Source: Dehalococcoidia bacterium
GTDB lineage: Bacteria > Chloroflexota > Dehalococcoidia > Plut-88900
Direction of reading: 5' to 3'
Length of the DNA: 64,000 nt
Assembly (NCBI GenBank): GCA_965207225.1
Contig: CBDBLV010000004.1
Span: 448,001-512,000, forward strand
The notes under the pieces are model-generated. The model saw nothing but the letters and a program-made list of their open reading frames with translations, was not told the origin of the DNA and searched no databases. Numbering within the stretch: position 1 is the first letter of the stretch; each line of letters opens with the position of its first letter. The position numbers and the translations under genes are program-made. Below are positions 1 to 9,414 of the stretch, piece after piece.

Positions 1-2
1 TC

Positions 3-275
3 GTCGAACCTGCTTCCCCCCACGCCCGGGACACCTACGTCCGACAGTGGGATGAGGGAGTCCGCGCCCGCATCGAACAGTCGGGCGAAGGAACTGAACC
101 GTACGAAATCTTCCGCGAGCACCGATGGAATTTCTACGAAGACCCGGACCCCGACCCCTACGACCAACCCTCCCCCCTCCCCGACCAGCTAAATTGGCTT
201 CGAGAGTCGGGCTTCAGCAAAGTGGACTGCTTCTGGATGTACGCAGGCCACGCAATCTTCGGCGGATACAAATGA
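3..275 (+). CDS. C-terminal part of a class I SAM-dependent methyltransferase (truncated by window edge)
   Basis: Hand translation ends ...DQPSPLPDQLNWLRESGFSKVDCFWMYAGHAIFGGYK*, a typical class I methyltransferase C-terminus. The stop TGA (273-275) overlaps the next ATG. Confidence 0.7.
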   Translation, partial: VEPASPHARDTYVRQWDEGVRARIEQSGEGTEPYEIFREHRWNFYEDPDPDPYDQPSPLPDQLNWLRESGFSKVDCFWMYAGHAIFGGYK

Positions 276-997
276 CATCAACTACATTCAACCTCAGCTG
301 GATTCATGACCTCATGGACGAATTGGCTTGCCGACGCCCTCCCATTTTCCATTCAGAAGCGGACTTTCAACACGAATTAGCATGGCTGCTACGAAAGGAA
401 ACACATATAAAGCCGCGTCTAGAATATCCATACCCGCCTAAACCCCGGAAAGACAAGAAAGATACAAAGGGCGAGAATGCAAAAATCCGCAAGCGAGAGT
501 ACATGGACATTTGGCTTCCAGGCAAAGGTGTTGCCATTGAACTGAAATACCAAACCAATGAACTGGGAAGCTCTTTGTCTGGTGAGTCTTTCCAACTCAC
601 TCAGCAGAGTCGCGGCCCCCAAGTCAGATATGATTTCCTTAAGGACGTTCAGAGACTGGAAGACCTAGACTTACCCGGCTACAAAGTTGGATTTGCGATT
701 TTATTGACCAACAGTCGCTCCCTCTGGAACGCTCCTGCAAAAAACAGGAAAGAACCAATTGTTGATCCTGAATTTAGGCTCCACGAATACGATGAGGATG
801 GCAACCGCCGAGTAATTTCAGGATGCTTAGAATGGGCAGATCACTCTAAGCAAAAATGTGAAGGCCCCCGAACACACCCTATATGCCTTAATGGTTCGTA
901 CCGTCCGTGTTGGAAGAAATACTATGATCTGAAATTTGATAAAGAGCCTGGTCTGTTCAAATACCTCGCCTTCCAAGTCCCTGGCCCCGAGTTCTAA
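272..997 (+). CDS. hypothetical protein, PD-(D/E)XK nuclease-like
   Basis: Motifs SEADFQHELAW, MDIW, AIELKY and YDFLKDVQRLE fit a PD-(D/E)XK fold. ATG 272 overlaps the upstream stop (ATGA). Visibly more AT-rich than neighbours. Confidence 0.6.
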   Translation: MTSTTFNLSWIHDLMDELACRRPPIFHSEADFQHELAWLLRKETHIKPRLEYPYPPKPRKDKKDTKGENAKIRKREYMDIWLPGKGVAIELKYQTNELGSSLSGESFQLTQQSRGPQVRYDFLKDVQRLEDLDLPGYKVGFAILLTNSRSLWNAPAKNRKEPIVDPEFRLHEYDEDGNRRVISGCLEWADHSKQKCEGPRTHPICLNGSYRPCWKKYYDLKFDKEPGLFKYLAFQVPGPEF

Positions 998-1008
998 GGA
1001 GCATTGAC

Positions 1009-2208
1009 ATGATCACTAGATTCGGCACCCTTTTCGCCGGCCATGTAGACATGGAACCCGTCGGCCTCTCAGCGCCCGCGGTCAACGACAGGCTCTACCC
1101 CAACGATCACCTCATCACCGCCTTTGACCGCTCGGCGGACATGGCAAAGCTCATGGACGACCTCGGCTACGACACCCTCTGGCTCGCCGAGCACCACTTC
1201 CAGAGAGAGGGCTACGAGTGCATCCCCAACATCCTCATGCTGGCCATGCACCTGACCAGCATCACAAAGAAGTTGAAGATAGGGTCGGGATTCAACATCA
1301 CCACCATGTGGCATCCCCTGCGCCTCGCCGAGGACTACGCCACCGCCGACGTGCTGACCGGGGGTCGGGTGGTCTTTGGGGTGGGTAGGGGTTACCACAC
1401 CCGGGAAGTTGAGGTATTCGGAAACCCGCTCCTTGACCAGGAAGCCAACCGGGACCTCTTCGAAGAGCAGGTCGACATCATCTTCAAGGCCTTCAACGAA
1501 GAGTCCTTCTCCCACCACGGCAAGTACTACGACATCCCCGTCAAGGTGCCCTATCGGGGCTACGACCTGGAGGACATCACCCTGGTCCCCCGACCGGTCA
1601 ACCTCCCCGTCGAGTGCTGGCAGCCGATAGTCAGCGGCGGCGCCAGGGGTCTGAACTTCATGGCCAAACACGGGATCAAGGGAGTCATAGGGGGTGGGGT
1701 GGCCCAGGGCGGCGCTTCCAGCAAGGTAGTAAAGACGTGGCAGGACACTCTGGCCGCCCACGGCAGGCAGACCGAGCTCGGGGGAGACCTCCTCATGGGA
1801 TTCTCCCTTCACATCGCCGAGACCCCCGAAAAAGCCATCAACGAAGCCCGTGACTACTACTACGAGGACATGAAGATGTTCGCCCCCCTCAACATGCGCC
1901 GTGGCATCACACCCGAGCAGATCGAGCTTATGGGCGATCCCGCTAAGGCCCCGCTAATCCCCGACCTCCCCAGGATCGAAGACGACGCGGCGAGGGGCGG
2001 CTGGCTCTGCGGCCCGCCCGATTTCATCATTGAGCAGCTCAAGAAGGTGCAGGAGATGTATCCAGGCCTGGAGCACGTCAACGTCGGGAGCGCAATCGGC
2101 ACGCCTCACTCCGTAGTCATGGAGCAACTGGAAATGTTCGGCAAGGAAGTCATGCCCACATTCACTAAGCAGGCCGAAGAATCCAAGGCAAAGGTAGCAG
2201 CATCATGA
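1009..2208 (+). CDS. LLM class flavin-dependent oxidoreductase
   Basis: WLAEHHF, HPLRLAEDYATADVLTGGR, GVGRGY motifs; AAGGAG RBS. Confidence 0.9.
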   Translation: MITRFGTLFAGHVDMEPVGLSAPAVNDRLYPNDHLITAFDRSADMAKLMDDLGYDTLWLAEHHFQREGYECIPNILMLAMHLTSITKKLKIGSGFNITTMWHPLRLAEDYATADVLTGGRVVFGVGRGYHTREVEVFGNPLLDQEANRDLFEEQVDIIFKAFNEESFSHHGKYYDIPVKVPYRGYDLEDITLVPRPVNLPVECWQPIVSGGARGLNFMAKHGIKGVIGGGVAQGGASSKVVKTWQDTLAAHGRQTELGGDLLMGFSLHIAETPEKAINEARDYYYEDMKMFAPLNMRRGITPEQIELMGDPAKAPLIPDLPRIEDDAARGGWLCGPPDFIIEQLKKVQEMYPGLEHVNVGSAIGTPHSVVMEQLEMFGKEVMPTFTKQAEESKAKVAAS

Positions 2209-3986
2209 TCGACCCCATCACCCTCGAAGTAATCCGTCACCGCCTGAAGTCCATCGCCGACGAGATGGAGATGACCCTCCTGAAGAGCTCCTACTCCAGC
2301 GTCATCAAAGAGGGCCTCGACGCCTCAACCGCCATCTTCGACGTAGAGGGCAACACCATTGCCCAGGGCAACTCGATCCCCATTCACCTCGGGAGCCTGA
2401 TCCCGGCCGTCAAGTCCATCACCGAGACCTATCCTCCCGACACCATGCAGGACGGCGACGCCTACATCCTCAACAACCCCTACAGGGGTGGCACCCACCT
2501 CCCCGACGTGACCATCATCACGCCGGTCTTCCACAACGGAAAGCCCATAGTCTTCGGTTGCACCATCGCTCACCACCAGGACCTCGGGGGGAAGACCCCG
2601 GGCAGCATCCCTCCCGACGCCACGGAAATATTCCAGGAAGGCATCATCATGCCCCCCCTGAAGCTCTACGAGGCCGGCGTCCCCAATCACACCCTCCACG
2701 AAATCCTCCGCAACAACATCCGCATCCCTGACATGGTAATCGGCGATATGCGTGCTCAGCTTGCCGCCTGCCACGTGGCCAAAAACCAGATCGCCTCCCT
2801 GCTCACGGAATACTCAGAGGAGACCCTGAAGGAGGCCATGTCGGCCCTGTTGGACAACTCCGAGAAGGCCACCCGGCAGGTCCTTGAGCAGATCCCCGAC
2901 GGCACCTACACCTTCGAGGACTACCTTGATAACGACGGCATAGAGATGGACGTCCGACGCCTGATCAAGGTGACCATCACCATCGAGGGCTCGGACATCA
3001 CCTTCGACTTCACGGGCTCCAGCCCCCAGGTCAAGGGGCCTTTCAACTCGCCCGTCGCCTCCACCATGTCCACTCTTTACTACATAGTCCGTGCCGTCAC
3101 CGGCGCCGACATCATGAGCAACGCCGGCTGTTTCCGCCCCGTCAAAGCGATTCTTCCTAAGGGAAGCATCGTGAATCCCATCTCCCCTGCGCCCGTGAAC
3201 TCCCGCACGGCCACCGTCAAGCGCATCAACGACGTTCTAAACGGCGCCCTGGTGCAGGCCGTCCCCGACCGCCTCCCCGCCGCCTCCTCCGGCCAGCTTC
3301 TCGTCCTGGCCCTGGGGGGAATAGACCCGCAGGGCAACGTCCCCTACGTGGCCAGCGAGCTCGGGGCGGGGGGCATGGGCGCCCGGCCCAACGCCGACGG
3401 CATCGACGCCGTGGAGACCGACGTCTCCAACTGCATGAACGTCCCCGCCGAAGCCCTGGAGATGGACCACCCCATCCGCATCATCAAGTCCAACCTCTGG
3501 AACGACTCCGGCGGCGCTGGCGAATTTCGCGGAGGCCTCGGCCTCGAGAAGGTCTTCGAGATCGCCCGCGGCGAGGCTACCATCACCTACCGCGGCGAGC
3601 GCCACACCCTACCCCCCTGGGGCCTGTTCGGCGGCCTCCCGGGCGAAAAGACTAACGCCCAGATTCACCGCAAAGATGGAAGGGTCGAGATAGTGCCGCC
3701 CAAGGCGACCCTCCGCCTCAAGCAAGGGGACCAACTACACGTCTTCACGTCCGGAGGCGCGGGTTTCGGCGATCCCCTGGACCGCCCTGCCGACAGGGTC
3801 CTCCAGGACTACCTGGACAGCCGGGTCTCCCTGGAGTCCGCCCGTGCCGACTACGGTGTCGTCATCGATCCCGTTGCCAAGACCCTTGACCTCCCCGCCA
3901 CCGACGCCCTTCGGGAAGAAATGCGCTCCGATCGCGGCCCCGTAGCCTGGACCTACGACCTCGGGCTGGAGTTGGGCAGGGTCTAG
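2205..3986 (+). CDS. hydantoinase B/oxoprolinase family protein
   Basis: DPITLEVI, NNPYRGGTHLPD, HHQDLGGKTPGS, GGAGFGDPLDR motifs. Confidence 0.9.
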   Translation: MIDPITLEVIRHRLKSIADEMEMTLLKSSYSSVIKEGLDASTAIFDVEGNTIAQGNSIPIHLGSLIPAVKSITETYPPDTMQDGDAYILNNPYRGGTHLPDVTIITPVFHNGKPIVFGCTIAHHQDLGGKTPGSIPPDATEIFQEGIIMPPLKLYEAGVPNHTLHEILRNNIRIPDMVIGDMRAQLAACHVAKNQIASLLTEYSEETLKEAMSALLDNSEKATRQVLEQIPDGTYTFEDYLDNDGIEMDVRRLIKVTITIEGSDITFDFTGSSPQVKGPFNSPVASTMSTLYYIVRAVTGADIMSNAGCFRPVKAILPKGSIVNPISPAPVNSRTATVKRINDVLNGALVQAVPDRLPAASSGQLLVLALGGIDPQGNVPYVASELGAGGMGARPNADGIDAVETDVSNCMNVPAEALEMDHPIRIIKSNLWNDSGGAGEFRGGLGLEKVFEIARGEATITYRGERHTLPPWGLFGGLPGEKTNAQIHRKDGRVEIVPPKATLRLKQGDQLHVFTSGGAGFGDPLDRPADRVLQDYLDSRVSLESARADYGVVIDPVAKTLDLPATDALREEMRSDRGPVAWTYDLGLELGRV

Positions 3987-4051
3987 CAGCTTCTTCGCCG
4001 CGGGCAGTAGAGGAGCGGGGCCTGGTTGCGGGTCTCAGACTTGGTTGCTGC

Positions 4052-7000
4052 CTATTCGTAGCGCAAGGCTTCGGAAGGGGCCACGTTGCCTGCGCTCCTG
4101 GCCGGCAGGAACGTCATCAGAAGGGACAGGATGTAGGCCACCACGGCAATGCCCAAGACCTGAGTCCACGGCACAACTAGACTGTAAGCAGCCTCTTCGT
4201 GCCGTATCGAGCTCACCACGTTCACCGAGGTCAACAGGCCCAGCCCCAGCCCCATCACAATCCCGAGTACCGCAATGAACGACGACTCCAACAGGAATGA
4301 AAGCTGCACCATCCCCCGGGAGTAGCCAATGGCCCGCAGCACGCCTATCTGGTGCCGACGCTCCACCACCGCCCTGGCGCTCACCACCCCCAGCGCCGCT
4401 ATGCCCACAACTAGCCCCAGGGACATGAACGCCAGAAGCAAGTTGGTAAAGGCTCGGTTGGAACTCTGCAGGCCGTCCATGACCTCGTTGATATCCAGCG
4501 TTTCCATGCCGTTGGCAAAGAATGCGGCCTCTATCTTGAGCGCGGCATCCTCCGTCCCCGGTTCTACGTGGAAGAAGAACTGGTTGGCATCGACATCCCG
4601 GGGCAGCTCGGCCGTCAGCAGGTTGGTGGAGGTATAAACGCCAATCGGCAGCAGACCCTGGGATGCGAAGTCGTCAAACACCCCGATAACGGTGAGGTCC
4701 AGCGTCGTGTTGCTCTTCAGGTCCCGCACCTGGATCGGCACGGGCTCCATGTAGTCGTTCTCCTGGTATAGCTCCTCCACCCCTCCCAGCGTGAAATTAT
4801 CCCCTTGCACGTCGAACTGGAAGTCATTCCTGCTCGGCACCAGGAAGGAGTTCACCACTGCCAGGCCCGGGTTTTCCCTGACATCTCTCCACAACCTCTC
4901 CGTATCTACCTCTCCATCTTCAGTGTATTCGGCCGTGGACAGCATGATTTCATAGCGATTGGAGTCCACGAAGTCATCGTCCACGCCCGTTAGGATGGTA
5001 TCGTCGAAATCTTCACCGGGGACATTCGACAACCGTGCACTTGCATCGAATATGTTTCTCAGTATTCCAACCGAAGGGTCTCCCTCCACCCGACTCACGA
5101 ACTCAAGGTCGGGGTTGACTTCGATGGCGGCGCGAAGGTCGGTTACCGGGTTGGTGTCGTTCAGCGAAAAGGCCATCACCTCGTATCCGCCGCCGATCCT
5201 GTCTTGGTCACCCAACAGCTCGTTGAACCCCTGGATTACCACGCTCATCACGGTCACCGAATAGATGACAACCGCAAACATCGCCACGGATATCCCGGTC
5301 CGGAACCCGAATCTGAGCGGATAGGCAATAGATGACTTGATTATCGGCGCGAGGCCCTTGATCCGCCCGACCGTCCTCGATACCAGCCCCAACACGAAGT
5401 CGGCGTTGTTTATGGTGAACAGCACGGCGCCCAGTACGACCATCGTTCCCGTTACGAAGAACACGGTGAAATCGCTGCTCCAGTCGTCCTTTATCGCCCG
5501 TTCCACCGACGGGGGAAGCAGCCACCAGATGACCAGCAGGAGACCTGCGCCCGACAGCGCCCACCGTCGCGCAACCCCGAGATATCGCAGCACTATCGCC
5601 GCACCTAGGACGGATAAAGACGGGCCCAGCCAGAACCAGACCAGGTTGCTGTTGCTGTAACCCGAGAACATCAGCAGCAGGCCAAGAACTATCAGCAGGA
5701 TGCCGCCGGCCAGGGCCTTCTTGGTGGCCCTGGAGCGTCGGGGCTCCGGTATGTCCCGTATCGCCCTTACAATGTTGATGCGGCTGATCCGCCAGGAGGC
5801 GAATGCCACGGTCACCAGCGTAATAACCGCGCCCAGGAAGAATGAGACCAGGACGCTGACCAGCTGAACGTGAGCGCTCAGGGCGAATTCTGAGGTGACG
5901 TCTGCGCTGATGGCACCGGCGGTGGCCTTGACCAGTATGTAGCCCAGGCCCAGCCCGATCACCACCCCCACCACCGAGGACCCCAGCCCGTATATCGCGC
6001 CTTCGGCCAGGAACATCCTTATCAGATGCCCGCGCTTCATCCCTATCGCCCGGGACATCCCCAGTTCCGCTTTCCGCTCCGCCGCCAGCATGGAGAAGAT
6101 CAGGAAAATAAGCAGCAGGCCGACGCCAATGGAAAAGAGCCCGAACACGGTAAAGAAGCTCAGGAACAGGTTCCCCCATTCATTGGCGAAATCTATGCCC
6201 GACTGCTTTATGTCGTGGAGCTCCAGCCCGTTCTCCACCAGGACAGGCAAGTCCCCGTGCCTCCCCACCACCGACTCCGTCAAGTCCACCCCGCTTTCCT
6301 GGTCCCCCAAGTTCGAGACCAGGATGTTCGATAGCCTGCCTTCCTTGCCCAACAGCTCCTGCGCCCGGTCCAGCGACATGCTGACAACGACCTCGTACTG
6401 TTCGCTCTTGAAGAACCAGCCGTCCATGATTGCGCTGACGGTCATTTCCCGGAAGCTGCCGGGCCCCAGGAACAGCTGCAAAGAGTCCCCGACTTCCGCG
6501 TCCAACTCCTCCGCCCCTTCAAGGTCTATTAACAGCTCGTTTTCGCCCAGGTTGTTCAAGTCAATGGGATTCCCATCAGTGTCGAATACCTCGTCGAAGG
6601 TCGCTGCCCGGTAGGGGTCCAGGCCCGTGATTAGGGCGTTGGCTTCGAACTGCTGAGACCCCAGGTTCACCACGGCCACGGTGTCTGCGATGACCGGCAG
6701 TACCCCGTCGATCTCGGGGTCCGGGTCAAGGGCTGCCGCCACGTCTGCAAATATCTCCTCCGGGAAGTCCTCGGGGACAGCCCTGTTCTCCCACAGGTCG
6801 GAGTCCTCGTCCACCCGTATCAGCTCGTCCATTGTCCGGAGATTGTCGGTGACGCTGGTCTTGATACTGTAGGTCATCGAGTCGCCGGTCAGGAAGGCGC
6901 TCATGATGATCGCCGTCGCAAGCATCAGGCCCACCACAACCAGTATCCCCCGGGACGGCCTCCTCAGAACCTGCCTGAGCGCCATCTTCACCAGGATCAT

Positions 7001-7102
7001 GTTGCGGACGGTGATGAATATCAACGCTGAGGCGAATAGAAGGAAAATGACGCCGAGCACTACGGCGTATTGCTCTATCGGGGCGCCAAACAGTTCGTCC
7101 AT
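4052..7102 (-). CDS. ABC transporter permease, FtsX/MacB-like, two fused repeats
   Basis: Two copies of the FtsX motif (ERKAELGMSRAIG, ERRHQIGVLRAIG), C-terminal PSEALRYE, multiple TM segments. Confidence 0.88.
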   Translation of the reverse strand: MDELFGAPIEQYAVVLGVIFLLFASALIFITVRNMILVKMALRQVLRRPSRGILVVVGLMLATAIIMSAFLTGDSMTYSIKTSVTDNLRTMDELIRVDEDSDLWENRAVPEDFPEEIFADVAAALDPDPEIDGVLPVIADTVAVVNLGSQQFEANALITGLDPYRAATFDEVFDTDGNPIDLNNLGENELLIDLEGAEELDAEVGDSLQLFLGPGSFREMTVSAIMDGWFFKSEQYEVVVSMSLDRAQELLGKEGRLSNILVSNLGDQESGVDLTESVVGRHGDLPVLVENGLELHDIKQSGIDFANEWGNLFLSFFTVFGLFSIGVGLLLIFLIFSMLAAERKAELGMSRAIGMKRGHLIRMFLAEGAIYGLGSSVVGVVIGLGLGYILVKATAGAISADVTSEFALSAHVQLVSVLVSFFLGAVITLVTVAFASWRISRINIVRAIRDIPEPRRSRATKKALAGGILLIVLGLLLMFSGYSNSNLVWFWLGPSLSVLGAAIVLRYLGVARRWALSGAGLLLVIWWLLPPSVERAIKDDWSSDFTVFFVTGTMVVLGAVLFTINNADFVLGLVSRTVGRIKGLAPIIKSSIAYPLRFGFRTGISVAMFAVVIYSVTVMSVVIQGFNELLGDQDRIGGGYEVMAFSLNDTNPVTDLRAAIEVNPDLEFVSRVEGDPSVGILRNIFDASARLSNVPGEDFDDTILTGVDDDFVDSNRYEIMLSTAEYTEDGEVDTERLWRDVRENPGLAVVNSFLVPSRNDFQFDVQGDNFTLGGVEELYQENDYMEPVPIQVRDLKSNTTLDLTVIGVFDDFASQGLLPIGVYTSTNLLTAELPRDVDANQFFFHVEPGTEDAALKIEAAFFANGMETLDINEVMDGLQSSNRAFTNLLLAFMSLGLVVGIAALGVVSARAVVERRHQIGVLRAIGYSRGMVQLSFLLESSFIAVLGIVMGLGLGLLTSVNVVSSIRHEEAAYSLVVPWTQVLGIAVVAYILSLLMTFLPARSAGNVAPSEALRYE

Positions 7103-7121
7103 CAGTCAGCCAGCGCGTGAG

Positions 7122-7859
7122 CTAGTTGGATGCTCCGTACCCGTAGTCCTCTATCTGACCGTCCCTCATCCGGATGGTGCGATGGGTCAGTGCGGCCAGG
7201 GCCTCGGAGTGCGTCACCAGTACGAAGGTCTGCCGGTTCTGCTTGTTCAGGGAGAGAAGGAGGTCCATGATCTCGTCGGAGTTCTCCGAGTCCAGGTTCC
7301 CCGTGGGCTCGTCCCCCCACACTATCTCGGGCTGGTTTACCAGTGAACGGGCTATGGCAACTCTCTGCTGCTGTCCGCCGGAAAGCTCCGTCGGGTAGTG
7401 ATCGGTCCACTCCTGCAGGTTGACCAGGCCCAACGCCTCCCTCGCCCTCTCACGGGCCTCCCTGGCTTTCGTACCGGACACCAGCAGTGGCATCTCTACG
7501 TTTTCCAACGCGTTCAGCACCGGCAGCAGGTTGAAGGCCTGGAAAACGTAGCCCATCTTGGTGGCCCGGTAGCGGGTCTTCTGGTTATCGGACATCTTCG
7601 CCAGGTCCCGACCCGCAATCTTGATTACGCCGCCGTTGATCGAGTCCAGCCCCGACAGGCAGTTGAGCAGAGTTGTCTTCCCGCATCCGCTCGGGCCCAT
7701 TATCGCCACCATCTCTCCCCGCTCCACCTTCAGGTCCACCCCGTGCAGGGCATTCACCTTAACCCTTCCGGTATCGTAAATTTTGACTACTTCGGAGGCC
7801 TCTATAATCGGTCCGGAATCGGAGCTGTTGTCAGAATGCTGCATGGGTAACTGAGCCAT
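7122..7859 (-). CDS. ABC transporter ATP-binding protein (LolD/MacB-type)
   Basis: Walker A GPSGCGKT, LSGGQQQR signature, DEPTGNLD. Confidence 0.93.
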   Translation of the reverse strand: MAQLPMQHSDNSSDSGPIIEASEVVKIYDTGRVKVNALHGVDLKVERGEMVAIMGPSGCGKTTLLNCLSGLDSINGGVIKIAGRDLAKMSDNQKTRYRATKMGYVFQAFNLLPVLNALENVEMPLLVSGTKAREARERAREALGLVNLQEWTDHYPTELSGGQQQRVAIARSLVNQPEIVWGDEPTGNLDSENSDEIMDLLLSLNKQNRQTFVLVTHSEALAALTHRTIRMRDGQIEDYGYGASN

Positions 7860-8050
7860 TTTCTCCCCGCCGATTCAGTCGGCGATTGTGCGCCTTCCTC
7901 TTGGTGAATTATATCACGTATATGAGTCATGAATTCTAATTATCGTCTCTTCACAACAGTTTCCCCCCCAAAGGTGAGACCTTTGCATAACCGTCATCCC
8001 CAACTCCACCCCGCCCCCGAGAAGTGGGGAGAATCATTCCCCTTTCTCCC

Positions 8051-8233
8051 CAGTATTGAACTAGAGGCAGAGGTTGGAGCTTCTGCTCCAACCTCTGCCT
8101 CTGTTCATCTTTCCCCCTCTCCCTTAAAGGCCCTAAGAGCCTGCCCCGAGTCCCTCGAGGGGGAGAGGGGGATCAAGGGGGTGAGGGTTCCCCTATGGGG
8201 TCGAGGGGCATCCCTCCAAAATTGTACATTTGC
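8051..8233 (+). repeat. composite palindromic repeat, copy 1 (long stem + CCCCTCTCCC hairpin + nested 24-bp insert + tail)
   Basis: TAGAGGCAGAGGTTGGAGC-TTCT-GCTCCAACCTCTGCCTCTG. Collinear with 60223-60405 through the shared GTACATTTGC end. Confidence 0.85.
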
Positions 8234-8258
8234 ACTACCTGAACCCGCGTGCTATACT
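8230..8258 (+). promoter_or_regulatory. sigma70-like promoter
   Basis: TTGCAC-17 bp-TATACT with extended -10 TG. AAGGAG (8311) and ATG (8321) follow. Confidence 0.55.
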
Positions 8259-8533
8259 ACACCCCAGGCCACCGACCCCATACCTCGGCGCCCATCACAA
8301 TGCAGGATCAAAGGAGTACCATGAGCCGCATAAGCCTTCACAGGCCCCGTCTCAGCCGAGCGGCATCCCGCCGCCCGGCCCCCGGCACGCGCCTCTTCCT
8401 TGGCTCCTTTCCCCACCCCGTCCTGCACCTCAACACCCACAACAAGCGCTGCCCAAAGGACCAACGCCTTGGCCTTCGCAGCGATCAATCACCGCCCCGC
8501 CCTCAATACTGCCTGGTCCCCGTGACCGGTAAC

Positions 8534-8962
8534 GGAAGGTTCCTAAACTCAAATCGGCTAGCTCTACTTCGTGGCCAACACCGTAGAATCAGCGCCCCCG
8601 TTCCAGGTCGAATCTACGTAGCCGGCATAGACCTCGCCGGCGAATCGGAACAACCCGGAGAAGTCCGTCTCCAGGGCTTTAAGCCCACCCAAGACTCCAC
8701 CGTCGTAACTATCGGCGAACTCCAAATGCTTGATGACGGCTTCGGCTCCAAACTGCCCTCCCTCACCGTCGTCGAGCGCCATTGGTGGACGGGGAAGCCC
8801 CACACCGAGACCTTCTCGGGCCTCGTCCACCTTCTCAAAAACGTCTGGGGCTGCCGCAGGGTGGTCGTCGACGCCATTGGCACTGGCGTAGGCGTAGCCG
8901 CCTTCCTGCCTAAGACCATAGGACCTTCCATCGTAGTTCCCTTCACCTTCACAGCCCAGACC
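8534..8962 (+). pseudogene. phage terminase large subunit C-terminal (RNase H-like nuclease) fragment
   Basis: IYVAGIDLAG...DSTVVTIG...RRVVVDAIGTGVGVAAFL...VVPFTFT resembles the terminase nuclease domain. No ATPase domain is present, and the frame runs on into repeat DNA. Confidence 0.6.
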
Positions 8963-8974
8963 ATTTGCCCCCCC

Positions 8975-9205
8975 ACCCCAATCGGGAATCCATCCCGAGG
9001 GGTGGAGCGGCCGGCCTCCGTAAGGACTACCGGCGGGTCGCCCACCCCAGGGGCGGGGCCGCTCACCCTGAAGCCCCTCGAAGAGCCTGCCCCGAGTCCC
9101 TCGAGGGGGTCGAGCGGGGGGGTGGCCCACACCCGGCTGTCACGTCTCGCCAGTCACCCCCTCCCCCGACTTGCCATGTCATCCCGAGGCCCCGCGAGGG
9201 ATCTC
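8975..9205 (+). repeat. cluster of short REP-like modules
   Basis: ATCGGGAATCCATCCC (cf. 59525), CCGCTCACCCTGA...GAGCGG with nested AGCCTGCCCCGAG insert (9084-9107), and TGTCATCCCGAGGCCCCGCGAGGGATCTC (9177-9205). Confidence 0.7.
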
Positions 9206-9414
9206 AAGGGCCCGTCTCAAGACATGGCATTCACCTCCGTTCACCCCCATCCAACTTCAGGGAGTGTAAGGGGTACAGCCTCCCGTTCCCTGAAAGAATG
9301 GGCCAGGATGAGGCTGATCCCCTCCCATCCTGCCAGTACCAAACTAGAGGGAGCAGTTGGCGCAGGCGCGCCAACTGCTCCCTCTGTTTTTATCTCCCCC
9401 TCTCCCTCAATGGC

